DNA from: Armatimonadota bacterium | GTDB taxonomy: Bacteria > Sysuimicrobiota > Sysuimicrobiia > Sysuimicrobiales > Kaftiobacteriaceae | Direction of reading: 5' to 3' | Assembly: GCA_037440005.1 (NCBI GenBank) | Contig: JBBIUY010000017.1 | Span: 1-56,391, forward strand | DNA length: 56,391 nt | Part shown: positions 31,391 to 39,455 of the stretch, one piece after another | How the letters are laid out: every line of letters begins with the position of its first letter | Numbering within the stretch: the stretch's first letter is position 1 | The notes under the pieces: model-generated | The model's database searches: none | The model's input: only the letters and a program-made list of their open reading frames with translations | What the model was told of the DNA's origin: nothing | Position numbers and translations under genes: made by a program

Positions 31391-32050
31391 ATGCGGATCC
31401 TCATCGTGGAAGACGACCCCCGGGTCGGCGAGGTGCTCGCCGAGGCGCTGCGCTCGGAGGGGTACGCGACGGTGGTGGCCCCCACCGGGCGGGACGGGGT
31501 GGCCCTGGGCGGCGATCCGGAGGTGGACCTGGTGATCCTGGACCTGATGCTCCCCGACCTGGACGGCCTGGAAGTGCTGGGGACCCTGCGGCAGCGGCGG
31601 CCGGACCTGCCGGTGCTGATGCTCACCGCGCGGGACGACCTGCCCTCCCGAGTCGGCGGTCTGGAGGCGGGCGCCGACGACTACCTGACCAAACCCTTCG
31701 CCCTGGAAGAACTGCTGGCCCGGGTGCGCGCTCTCCTGCGACGCCGCGGCGTGCTCCGGGCCGGGCGGCTGGCCCTGGACCTGACCGCCCGGACGGTGCG
31801 GGTGGGCGACAGGGCCCTGGAACTCACCGGGCGGGAGTGCGCCCTGCTGGAGTACTTTTTGCGCCGTCCCGGCCACACCGTCTCCCGCCGGGACCTGCTG
31901 CGGGGAGTGTGGCAGACGGACTTCGACCCCGGCAGCACGGTGGTGGAGACCACCCTCGCCCGCCTGCGGCGCAAGCTCGCCGCCGCCGGCGCCCCGGTCG
32001 CCATCGAGACCGTCCGGGGGGCCGGCTACCGCCTGGCGGTGCGGGAGTAG
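31391..32050 (+). CDS. OmpR family response regulator
   Basis: ILIVEDD, LDLMLP, LTA, GADDYLTKPF, IETVRGAGY. Confidence 0.93.
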   Translation: MRILIVEDDPRVGEVLAEALRSEGYATVVAPTGRDGVALGGDPEVDLVILDLMLPDLDGLEVLGTLRQRRPDLPVLMLTARDDLPSRVGGLEAGADDYLTKPFALEELLARVRALLRRRGVLRAGRLALDLTARTVRVGDRALELTGRECALLEYFLRRPGHTVSRRDLLRGVWQTDFDPGSTVVETTLARLRRKLAAAGAPVAIETVRGAGYRLAVRE

Positions 32051-32056
32051 ACGCCG

Positions 32057-33511
32057 GTGCGCGCGTCCATCGTCACCCGCCTGGTCGTCGGCTTTGCGGC
32101 GGTACTCCTCCCCGTCACGGCGAGCGCCGTGCTGGCCCTGGTCACCGTGCCCCGCCTGGTGGAGGCGGTGACCCACTTCCAGCAGCAGGCCCTCCGCCGG
32201 TTGGGGGTCCTGGAGGACGCACGGCTGCTCATCACCGATGCCGTGCGCCAGGACCACGCGTACATCCTCAGCAACGGCCAGGACCTGTACGACGAGGCGT
32301 TCGAGGCCCGGGTGGAGGAGCTGGACCGCCTGCTGGAGGTCTACGGCGCCATCGGGTCGTCCGCCACCGACCGCGCCGCCGCCGAGCAGCGCCGGCTGCG
32401 GGAGGCGGTGCGGCGGCTCAGTGCCGCCCACGACCACGTGGAGGAGCTCATCGTGCAGGGGCGCCTGCCGGAGGCCCGGCAGGTGTCCGCGCGGGACGCC
32501 CAGGAGGCGGCCCGGACCGCGCTGTCCGCGGTGAGCCGCCTGGTCCAGGACGAGCGCGAGCAGACCGGACGCATTCTGGAGCGGATCGCCGCCGACGCGC
32601 GCCGGGTCCACCGCCTGATCCTGCTCGCGGCCGCGGCGGCGGTGCTCGTCGGCGGGCTGGTGGCGGCCAGCGTCATCCGGTCGATCACGGGGCCGGTGAG
32701 GCGGCTGGTGGAAGTCACCCGTCGGGTGGACCGGGGAAACCTGCGCCCGCGGGCCGGCCTCACCGGCTCCGACGAGATCGCCGAGCTGGGGCGCAGCTTC
32801 GATCGGATGATCGACCGGCTGCAGGCGGCGTTTGCGGAGCAGGAGAGATTCCTGACCGACATCTCCCACGAACTGCGCACGCCCATCACGGTGGTGCGGG
32901 GCCACCTGGAGCTGCTCCGGCGGTCCGGAGGGGGCGAGCAGGTGGAGCGGGCGGTGCGCCTGGGCCTGGACGAACTGACCCGGATGACCCGCCTGGTGGA
33001 CGACCTGCTGCTGCTGGCCCGGGCCGCGCGCCCGGACTTTCTGGCGGTGCGGCCGGTGCATCTGCCGGATCTGGTCGATCAGGTCCTCCAGAAGGCGCGG
33101 GCCCTGGCGGACCGCTCCTGGCAGCGGGGCCCCGTGCCCGACGTCACGGTGACGGCGGACCCCGACCGGCTCACCCAGGCCCTGCTCAACCTGCTGCGCA
33201 ACGCGGCGCAGCACACCCAGCCCGGGCAGCGCATCACCCTCAGCGCGTCGGTGGCGGGGGAGTGGGTGACCCTGGCGGTCGCCGATGAAGGCGAGGGCAT
33301 CCCCCCCGACCTGCTCCCACGGCTGTTTGAGCGGTTCCGCCGGGGCGCCGACCGCCCCGACCGCACCGGGCTGGGGCTGAGCATCGTGCGGGCCATCGCC
33401 CGGGCCCACGGGGGCGACGTGACCGCCCACAGCACCCCCGGCGCGGGCAGTACCTTCACCCTGCGGCTACCCCGGCTCGCGTCCGTGCCGCCTGGCGTGA
33501 CGCCCCCGTGA
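32057..33511 (+). CDS. Sensor histidine kinase (four-helix sensor, HAMP, HisKA, HATPase)
   Basis: Two TMs, DEIAEL HAMP, SHELRTP, NLLRNA, DEGEG, FERF, GLGLSIV. Confidence 0.93.
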   Translation: MRASIVTRLVVGFAAVLLPVTASAVLALVTVPRLVEAVTHFQQQALRRLGVLEDARLLITDAVRQDHAYILSNGQDLYDEAFEARVEELDRLLEVYGAIGSSATDRAAAEQRRLREAVRRLSAAHDHVEELIVQGRLPEARQVSARDAQEAARTALSAVSRLVQDEREQTGRILERIAADARRVHRLILLAAAAAVLVGGLVAASVIRSITGPVRRLVEVTRRVDRGNLRPRAGLTGSDEIAELGRSFDRMIDRLQAAFAEQERFLTDISHELRTPITVVRGHLELLRRSGGGEQVERAVRLGLDELTRMTRLVDDLLLLARAARPDFLAVRPVHLPDLVDQVLQKARALADRSWQRGPVPDVTVTADPDRLTQALLNLLRNAAQHTQPGQRITLSASVAGEWVTLAVADEGEGIPPDLLPRLFERFRRGADRPDRTGLGLSIVRAIARAHGGDVTAHSTPGAGSTFTLRLPRLASVPPGVTPP

Positions 33512-33517
33512 CAGCCT
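33497..33517 (+). promoter_or_regulatory. Putative OmpR-type box GTGAC-N6-GTGAC
   Basis: 11-bp direct repeat upstream of TATGGT and the cupredoxin gene; 15/21 identical to the box at 31297-31317 (- strand). Confidence 0.4.
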
Positions 33518-33558
33518 GCCCATATGGTGGACCCGCCCGGGATGCGGGCGGTCGCACC

Positions 33559-33981
33559 ATGCGGGGGGTCTGCCGGTGGGTGCTGGGCGGTGTGGTCATC
33601 CTGACGGCCGTGCCGGCGGCAGGTCAGGCGCCCCCGGCGCCGCGCCTGGTGCGGATTCTGCTGGAGGAGTACCGGTTCATCCCCGAGCGGGTGACGTTGC
33701 GGGCGGGGGAGACGGTGCGGCTGGAGCTGGTGAACACAGGCACCGTGCCCCACCAGTTTCGCTCGGAGATCTTCCGGGGCATCGACGTCTTCATCCGCAC
33801 CGCCGGATTCGACGTGCGCAGCGAGCGGGTGGAGGTCATCGTCATCCGTCCGCGGGCGGCGGCGGTGGTGGAGTTCACCCGGCGGACGCCCGGCGAGTAC
33901 GCCTTCTGGTGCAGCGAGCGCATCGACGGCATCCCCCACCGGGAGCTGGGGATGGAAGGCCGCTTCGTGGTCGTGCCCTGA
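33559..33981 (+). CDS. Exported type-1 (blue) cupredoxin-domain protein
   Basis: Signal peptide, F.PE.V, N.G..PH, GEYAFWC...H.ELGM.G (His/Cys/His/Met ligands). Confidence 0.85.
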   Translation: MRGVCRWVLGGVVILTAVPAAGQAPPAPRLVRILLEEYRFIPERVTLRAGETVRLELVNTGTVPHQFRSEIFRGIDVFIRTAGFDVRSERVEVIVIRPRAAAVVEFTRRTPGEYAFWCSERIDGIPHRELGMEGRFVVVP

Positions 33982-34014
33982 CACGGCCCTCCCGTGCTCT
34001 GACGCGGCCCTCCC
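33973..34014 (+). repeat. 21-bp tandem duplication (19/21 identical)
   Basis: GTGCCCTGACACGGCCCTCCC followed by GTGCTCTGACGCGGCCCTCCC across the cupredoxin stop. Confidence 0.75.
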
Positions 34015-34100
34015 GCCGGCCGCGTGCATCGGCGGACCTCCCCCCGGGAGGGGGAACCTGCCAGCCGTCGAATCCTCCCTCCGACTTCCGGGAGGCGCGC

Positions 34101-34529
34101 ATGGCCGACCTCGCCAGCACACTCACTCACCTCCGGCGGGTGCCGCTGTTTGCCGCCCTGCCTGCGGCGGACCTGGAGTTTGTCGCCCGCTCGGTCGTCG
34201 AGCGGGTCTACGAGCCCGGGACGACCATCGTCCGCCAGGGCGAGCCCGGCATGGGCTTCTTCCTGATCGCCGACGGCCGGGTGGAGGTGAGCCGGGACGG
34301 ACGGCGGCTGCGGGAGCTGGGGCCGGGGGAGTTCTTCGGCGAGATGGCCCTGCTGGAAGAGCGCGCCCGCACCGCCACCGTCACCGCTCTCACCCGCACC
34401 CGCTGCCTGCAGCTGGTGCGGTGGGACTTCCGCGCCCTGTTGCGGGAGCACCCCGACCTGGCCATCCGCATCCTCGAGGTCGTGGTGCGGCGCCTGCGGG
34501 AGTCTCCGCCTCCTCCCGACGTCGACTGA
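34101..34529 (+). CDS. Stand-alone cyclic-nucleotide-binding domain protein
   Basis: VPLF, QGE.G..FF.I..G.V, FFGEMAL, RTATV; no HTH. Confidence 0.88.
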   Translation: MADLASTLTHLRRVPLFAALPAADLEFVARSVVERVYEPGTTIVRQGEPGMGFFLIADGRVEVSRDGRRLRELGPGEFFGEMALLEERARTATVTALTRTRCLQLVRWDFRALLREHPDLAIRILEVVVRRLRESPPPPDVD

Positions 34530-34556
34530 GCGCTCCCCCCGTCGGGAGGTCGGGCG

Positions 34557-35639
34557 GTGCTGACCTGCCCGCAGGACAACCGGACGCTGATCTCCCAGGC
34601 CGCCCCCCGTGGCGTGTACTGGCGCTGCCCGGCCTGCGGGGGACGGGCGGTGGGCGTGGGCCTGCTCCGGCGCACCGCCGCCCGGGAGGCGGTCGTCAGG
34701 ATCTGGACCGCCGCCCGGGCGGCCCCCCGACGGCCGGGTCGCCCCTGTCCGTCCTGCCTGGGCCCCATGGTGGAGGTGCGGGCGGGATCGGGCCCGGCGG
34801 TGGACGTCTGCCGGGCCTGCCAGCTGGTGTGGTTTGACGCCCGGGAGTTCGAGCAGATCCCCCCGGCTCCGGCGGCTGAGGAGCCCGACCTGCCGCCCCG
34901 CGCCCGCGAGATCCTGGCCGCCGCCCGGGCCGAGGCAGATGCTGCGCGTCCGCAGCCGCCGTTCGGCTGGGAGGCCCCCGAGCAGCTGTGGAAGTACCTG
35001 CCGGCGCTGCTGGGGATGCCGGTGGAGTACGACCGGCAGACCTTCCGCACCGTCCCCTGGCTGACCTGGACCCTGGTGGCGTTCATCACCGCCTTCAGCC
35101 TGCGGGCGATGGCGGACCTGGACTACGCGGTGCAGCAGTTCGGCCTGATCCCCGCCCAGTGGTCGCGCCACTTCGGCCTGACGGTGCTGACGTCGTTCCT
35201 GCTGCACGGCGACATCTTCCACCTGCTGGGCAACATGTACTTCTTGCTGGTGTTCGGGGACAACGTGGAAGACGTGCTGGGCAAGGGGCGCTACCTGACG
35301 TTGATCCTGCTGGCCGCGGGGGTGGGCGACGCGGCGCACATCGCCCTGGACCCGCGGTCGGAGGTCCCCCTCATCGGCGCCAGCGGGGGGATCTCGGGGG
35401 TCATCGCCTTCTACGCCCTGCAGTTCCCCCGGGCTCGGCTGGGCCTGCTGTTCCGCTTCTTCGTCGTTTACTTCCGCTGGGTCCGGCTGCCTGCCTACGC
35501 GTACGCGGCTTTCTGGATCCTGCTGCAGGTGGCGGGCGCGTACCTGCAGGTCGCGGGGATGACCAACGTCTCCGCCCTCGCGCACCTGGGCGGGGCGCTG
35601 GTCGGGCTGGCGGCGTGGCTGGCGTTCCGACGCGGATAG
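34557..35639 (+). CDS. Rhomboid intramembrane serine protease with N-terminal zinc fingers
   Basis: CPQD/CPAC/CPSC/CRAC..WFD N-terminus; LH..HL.GNM, GASG and AH.GG catalytic motifs. Confidence 0.88.
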   Translation: MLTCPQDNRTLISQAAPRGVYWRCPACGGRAVGVGLLRRTAAREAVVRIWTAARAAPRRPGRPCPSCLGPMVEVRAGSGPAVDVCRACQLVWFDAREFEQIPPAPAAEEPDLPPRAREILAAARAEADAARPQPPFGWEAPEQLWKYLPALLGMPVEYDRQTFRTVPWLTWTLVAFITAFSLRAMADLDYAVQQFGLIPAQWSRHFGLTVLTSFLLHGDIFHLLGNMYFLLVFGDNVEDVLGKGRYLTLILLAAGVGDAAHIALDPRSEVPLIGASGGISGVIAFYALQFPRARLGLLFRFFVVYFRWVRLPAYAYAAFWILLQVAGAYLQVAGMTNVSALAHLGGALVGLAAWLAFRRG

Positions 35640-35667
35640 GGCCGGCCCCGTTGGCCTCCGCCGCCGG

Positions 35668-35805
35668 TCAGGACGGCGGGCGGGGCTCCTCGCCGTCCGA
35701 TGCGCCGGCCACCGGCTGGACGACGGCGGCGGGGGCCGCGGTGGTGCGGCGGATGCGGACGACCACGTCCTCCAGCAGCGTGTACATCACGGGGATCACG
35801 AACAA
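35668..35805 (-). pseudogene. C-terminal relic of an RND (AcrB/CzcA-like) efflux pump
   Basis: LFVIPVMYTLLED plus tail and stop resembles the last TM of RND permeases; no upstream body or start. Confidence 0.6.
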
Positions 35806-35824
35806 CCCTATCCCTAGCTCTCTG

Positions 35825-36739
35825 TCAAGAAAACGGAGGAGAAGGCGGGGGCGCAGGTGCCGGAGACCGCCGCACAACCAGGAGGATGACCGCCCCCATC
35901 CCCCAGGTGAGGGCTGCGAAGAAAGCCAGCCGTCCCGGCCCGGGAAGGAGGGCCAGCAGGGCCAGGACCACCGCCCCTACCAGGGCGTCACCCACCGGCC
36001 CGGACCTCCACCGGAACGCCCCCGCGAGGCGTTCTCCCACCAGGAGGGCCGCACCCGCCAGCCCGGCCACTGCCAGCAGGCTGAGGGCGAACGGCAGCAG
36101 GGCCAGCAGGGGGATGCCGACGATGCTGACCAGCAGGACCACGACCAGGGGGGGCAGCACCGCCCACAGCGCGATGCCGGCCAGCAGCGAAGCGCCGGGA
36201 GCTACGGACAGAGTCCGGGCGATGCGAGAGACCGGGTGAGGGAACAGGGCTGCGACGGCGACCGCCAGCGCCGCAGACCCCACCAGCACCCACAGGGCCA
36301 GGGCCCAGGTGAGGATCCGGCCAAGCTGAGCGGCCAGCGGGCGCCTGCTCGGAGGGGGAGCGCCCCACAGCCGCCCCTCGACCACCCGTCCGCCTACCCG
36401 GGCGCCCGGCGACCGGTCCACCCGCCCGTTGCCGACCCACACGTCCCCGTCCACGCGCGCCGCGGGCCCCAGCACCGCCACGCCGTTGACGACCCGCACC
36501 GACCCGGTGACCCTCCCCCAGACCTCCACGTCGCCGCCGACGGCGACCGCGTCGCCGCGCAGGGTCCCCTCCACCAGGACCCGGCCACCCACCGCGACCG
36601 CCGACCCGTCGTGCACCACCCCGGCGGGCACCACCACGTCCCCGCCCAGGCGCACGGTCAGCCCCTCGGCGGAGGCGGGAGCGGCGGCCCCCAGCACCGC
36701 CAGCGCCAGGACCGTCGGTCCGAGCCATCGCGCGGTCAG
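35825..36739 (-). CDS. Bactofilin/polymer-forming-domain membrane protein
   Basis: Signal ..ASA, repeated GDAVAVGGDV/GRV.G.V beta-helix units, C-terminal TM bundle (SIVGIP); start uncertain (CTG?). Confidence 0.75.
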   Translation of the reverse strand: MTARWLGPTVLALAVLGAAAPASAEGLTVRLGGDVVVPAGVVHDGSAVAVGGRVLVEGTLRGDAVAVGGDVEVWGRVTGSVRVVNGVAVLGPAARVDGDVWVGNGRVDRSPGARVGGRVVEGRLWGAPPPSRRPLAAQLGRILTWALALWVLVGSAALAVAVAALFPHPVSRIARTLSVAPGASLLAGIALWAVLPPLVVVLLVSIVGIPLLALLPFALSLLAVAGLAGAALLVGERLAGAFRWRSGPVGDALVGAVVLALLALLPGPGRLAFFAALTWGMGAVILLVVRRSPAPAPPPSPPFS

Positions 36740-37482
36740 ATGCGGACACCTCCCGGCTGCGCGGCGTCGGCTGGGTCCAGCACGTGGACCTCCCGTCCCA
36801 GGCGCGGGACCACCTCGCTGACGTCGGCCTGCGCGCAGTAGACCACGTCGTCCTCCAGACCCAGGCGGATGACGTTCCGGCCGGCCGCCGACTCCCGGAA
36901 CAGGGCCAGGGGCTCGGGCTCCGCCCGGTACAGGCGCACTGCCGCCGCCGACCCGTCGGTCAGCTCCACGCGTTGTTGATCCATCAGGCGGGCCACCAGG
37001 GCCCCGGCGGTGTACGCGTCGTCCAGGCCGAACCCGCCCTCCCGGCCGGCGCACACCACCGTAACGGACCACCCCGCCTCGCGGGCGGCGTCCGCCGCCT
37101 CCCGGGTCGCCGCCCGGGCGTTGCGCAGCGCCCCCACCAGCACCACCGGGGCCTCCCGCACCCGCCGGATGGCGGCGGTGCCGTTGGTGGTGACGAAGAT
37201 CACCGACCTGCCGTCGAACCGGCCGCGGGCCACCTCCACCGGAGAGTTGCCGTAGTGAAATCCGGCGGGGGGCAGGCCGTTCTCCTCCCCCGCCAGGACC
37301 GCGCCGTCCATCCGGGCGGCCGCCCGCCGGGCGGCGTCCACGCTCTCCGCCACGTAGACGCGCCGGGCGCCTCGCTCCACCAGGGTCACCAGGGTCGTGC
37401 TGGCCCGGATCACGTCCACGACGATGCACACCTGCGGTTCCGGCGTCACCAGCAGAGGGTGGAAGGCCACGTGCACGCGCAT
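36736..37482 (-). CDS. comB: 2-phosphosulfolactate phosphatase family
   Basis: VDVIRASTT, AGE, GNSP, TTNGT, CAG, DDAYTAG. Confidence 0.9.
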   Translation of the reverse strand: MRVHVAFHPLLVTPEPQVCIVVDVIRASTTLVTLVERGARRVYVAESVDAARRAAARMDGAVLAGEENGLPPAGFHYGNSPVEVARGRFDGRSVIFVTTNGTAAIRRVREAPVVLVGALRNARAATREAADAAREAGWSVTVVCAGREGGFGLDDAYTAGALVARLMDQQRVELTDGSAAAVRLYRAEPEPLALFRESAAGRNVIRLGLEDDVVYCAQADVSEVVPRLGREVHVLDPADAAQPGGVRI

Positions 37483-37528
37483 GAAGTCTCCCCGTGCGTC
37501 CGGCGGAACCCGCAGGGCGGCTGCCGGG

Positions 37529-38605
37529 TCAGCCGGTGAACTGGCGCTGGCGGAGGTCCTCGCGGATCACCCACTGCAGGCGCGCCGCCACCTGCCGCGC
37601 CGCCTCCGCCAGCGGCATCCCCAGCGCCGCCGCGTCGGCCGCCGTCACCGTCACCAGCAGCTGGGCGCCGCCCACGATCTCCCAGGCTCCCGGGCCCGCC
37701 GGCAGGGCGCTCACCTGTCCGGGGTCGGGGTCGGTATCGAAGAACCGGTCCAGCCGGGCCACCACCGTCCGGGCGCGATCCACGTCCGCCAGCCGCACCA
37801 CCACCGTGTCGTTGACCACGACCTCCGCCACCTCCCCTCCGGGCCCGCCCACCACCCGCATCGCCACCCGCAGGTAGTTGGCGGCCGGCCGCCGCACCAG
37901 GGGGATGCCCCGGCGCCGCAGCTCCGCCGTCACGTACGCCACCCGCTCGGCGGTGGTGGGGTGGTCGCGAAAGGCACCGGCGTTCACGGGCGGACGCAGC
38001 CGCTCCTCCCGGGCCAGCCGCTCCAGGATCGTCAGGACGGCCACCGGCGTGTAGGGCGTGCGGGTGAGGATCTCCACCGCCGTCAGGTCGGCGTCCCGCT
38101 CCAGCTCCCGGGTGTACCCCGACAGCAGGCTGCCGGCCAGCAGCTGGGCCCCCTGGGCCAGCACCGCGTCGCGGGTGAGCACCGCCACCACGAACGTCCA
38201 GAAGGACGCCTCGGTGCCGCGGCGGATCATCTCCATCTGGTGACCGTGCGCGGCGTGGGCGACCTCGTGGGCGAGCACGGCGGCCAGCTCGTGGTCGGAG
38301 CGCACGAATCCCAGCAGCCCCCGGGTGACGTAGATGAAGCCTCCCGGCAGGGAGACGGCGTTGGGCGGCTCCAGGTCCAGGATGCGGAACGTGTACGGAA
38401 GCTCGGGGCGGCCCGACACGGCGGCCACCACCTGCCCCACCCGCACCACCCGGGCCACGGCGGCGGGGTCGGAGACCAGCCGGTACTGGGCTTCCAGCCG
38501 CCGGGCGTAGATCCGCCCCAGACGCACCTCCTCGGGCTCCTGGGGGGCCGCCGGGGCCGGCAGCGCCGCCAGGACCGCCAGCGCCGCGGCCAGCGCGCGG
38601 ATCAT
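37529..38605 (-). CDS. M48 family metallopeptidase (exported)
   Basis: NAVSLPGG, ELAAVLAHEVAH, RELERDAD, HP..AER. Confidence 0.88.
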   Translation of the reverse strand: MIRALAAALAVLAALPAPAAPQEPEEVRLGRIYARRLEAQYRLVSDPAAVARVVRVGQVVAAVSGRPELPYTFRILDLEPPNAVSLPGGFIYVTRGLLGFVRSDHELAAVLAHEVAHAAHGHQMEMIRRGTEASFWTFVVAVLTRDAVLAQGAQLLAGSLLSGYTRELERDADLTAVEILTRTPYTPVAVLTILERLAREERLRPPVNAGAFRDHPTTAERVAYVTAELRRRGIPLVRRPAANYLRVAMRVVGGPGGEVAEVVVNDTVVVRLADVDRARTVVARLDRFFDTDPDPGQVSALPAGPGAWEIVGGAQLLVTVTAADAAALGMPLAEAARQVAARLQWVIREDLRQRQFTG

Positions 38606-39384
38606 CGCCCGTCCCCGTCGGCCGGCACGCCGAACAGCCGCCGGGCGTTGTCGGCGGTGACCTGCGCCACCTGCTGCGGGTCCGCGCCGCGGATGTCGGC
38701 GATCCGCCGCACGATGGCGCCCAGGTACGCCGGCTCGTTGCGGCGACCGCGCCAGGGCTGAGGGGCGAGGACGGGCGCGTCGGTCTCCACCAGCAGCATC
38801 TCCAGCGGCACCGCCCGGGCCACCTCCACCGGCGTGCGGGCGGTGGGATACGTCACCGGCCCCGCCAGGGAGATCCGGTAGCCCCGGCGGACAGCCTCGG
38901 CGGCCACGTCCACCGAACCCGAAAATGCGTGCAGGACGACCCCGGGCGGGCCCTCCCGGGCCAGCAGGTCCAGCAGGTCGGCAAACGCGCCCCGGCAGTG
39001 GGCGATCACCGGCACGCCGGCCTCCCGGCTCAGCCGCACGTGCGCCACGAAGGCCTCCCGCTGGACGTCCCGGCTCGCGCGCTCCCGGACGTAGTCCAGG
39101 CCCGTCTCGCCCACGGCCACCACCCGGGGGTGCGAGAGCAGGGCGCGCAGCTGCGCCAGCGCGTCCGGACCCGCCGCGGCGGCCTCGTGGGGGTGGACGC
39201 CGACGGCGGCGTACACGTCGCCATAGCGCGCCGCCAGGGCCACGGCGGCCCGGCTGCTGTCCACGTCGGTGCCCACCGTGACGCACCCGCGCACGCCGGC
39301 GTCCCGGGCGCGCTGCACGACCGCGTCGCGATCGGCGGAAAACGCCTCATCGTCCAGGTGGACGTGGGAGTCGAACATCTCCAC
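38602..39384 (-). CDS. tatD: TatD family hydrolase
   Basis: DSHVH, GVHP, GETGLD, HCR, HAFS, ETDAP, NEP. Confidence 0.9.
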   Translation of the reverse strand: MEMFDSHVHLDDEAFSADRDAVVQRARDAGVRGCVTVGTDVDSSRAAVALAARYGDVYAAVGVHPHEAAAAGPDALAQLRALLSHPRVVAVGETGLDYVRERASRDVQREAFVAHVRLSREAGVPVIAHCRGAFADLLDLLAREGPPGVVLHAFSGSVDVAAEAVRRGYRISLAGPVTYPTARTPVEVARAVPLEMLLVETDAPVLAPQPWRGRRNEPAYLGAIVRRIADIRGADPQQVAQVTADNARRLFGVPADGDGR

Positions 39385-39455
39385 GGCCGTCCCCCAGTGT
39401 AGCACCGCAGGCGCACCGGAAAACCAGCGGCCTGCAGCCGGAGGACGCGCGGACG

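Noticed and set aside
28187..33430. 1747-aa giant protein
   Set aside because: Only 28187-30550 is protein-like; the rest is the shadow of the two-component genes and an off-frame overlap.
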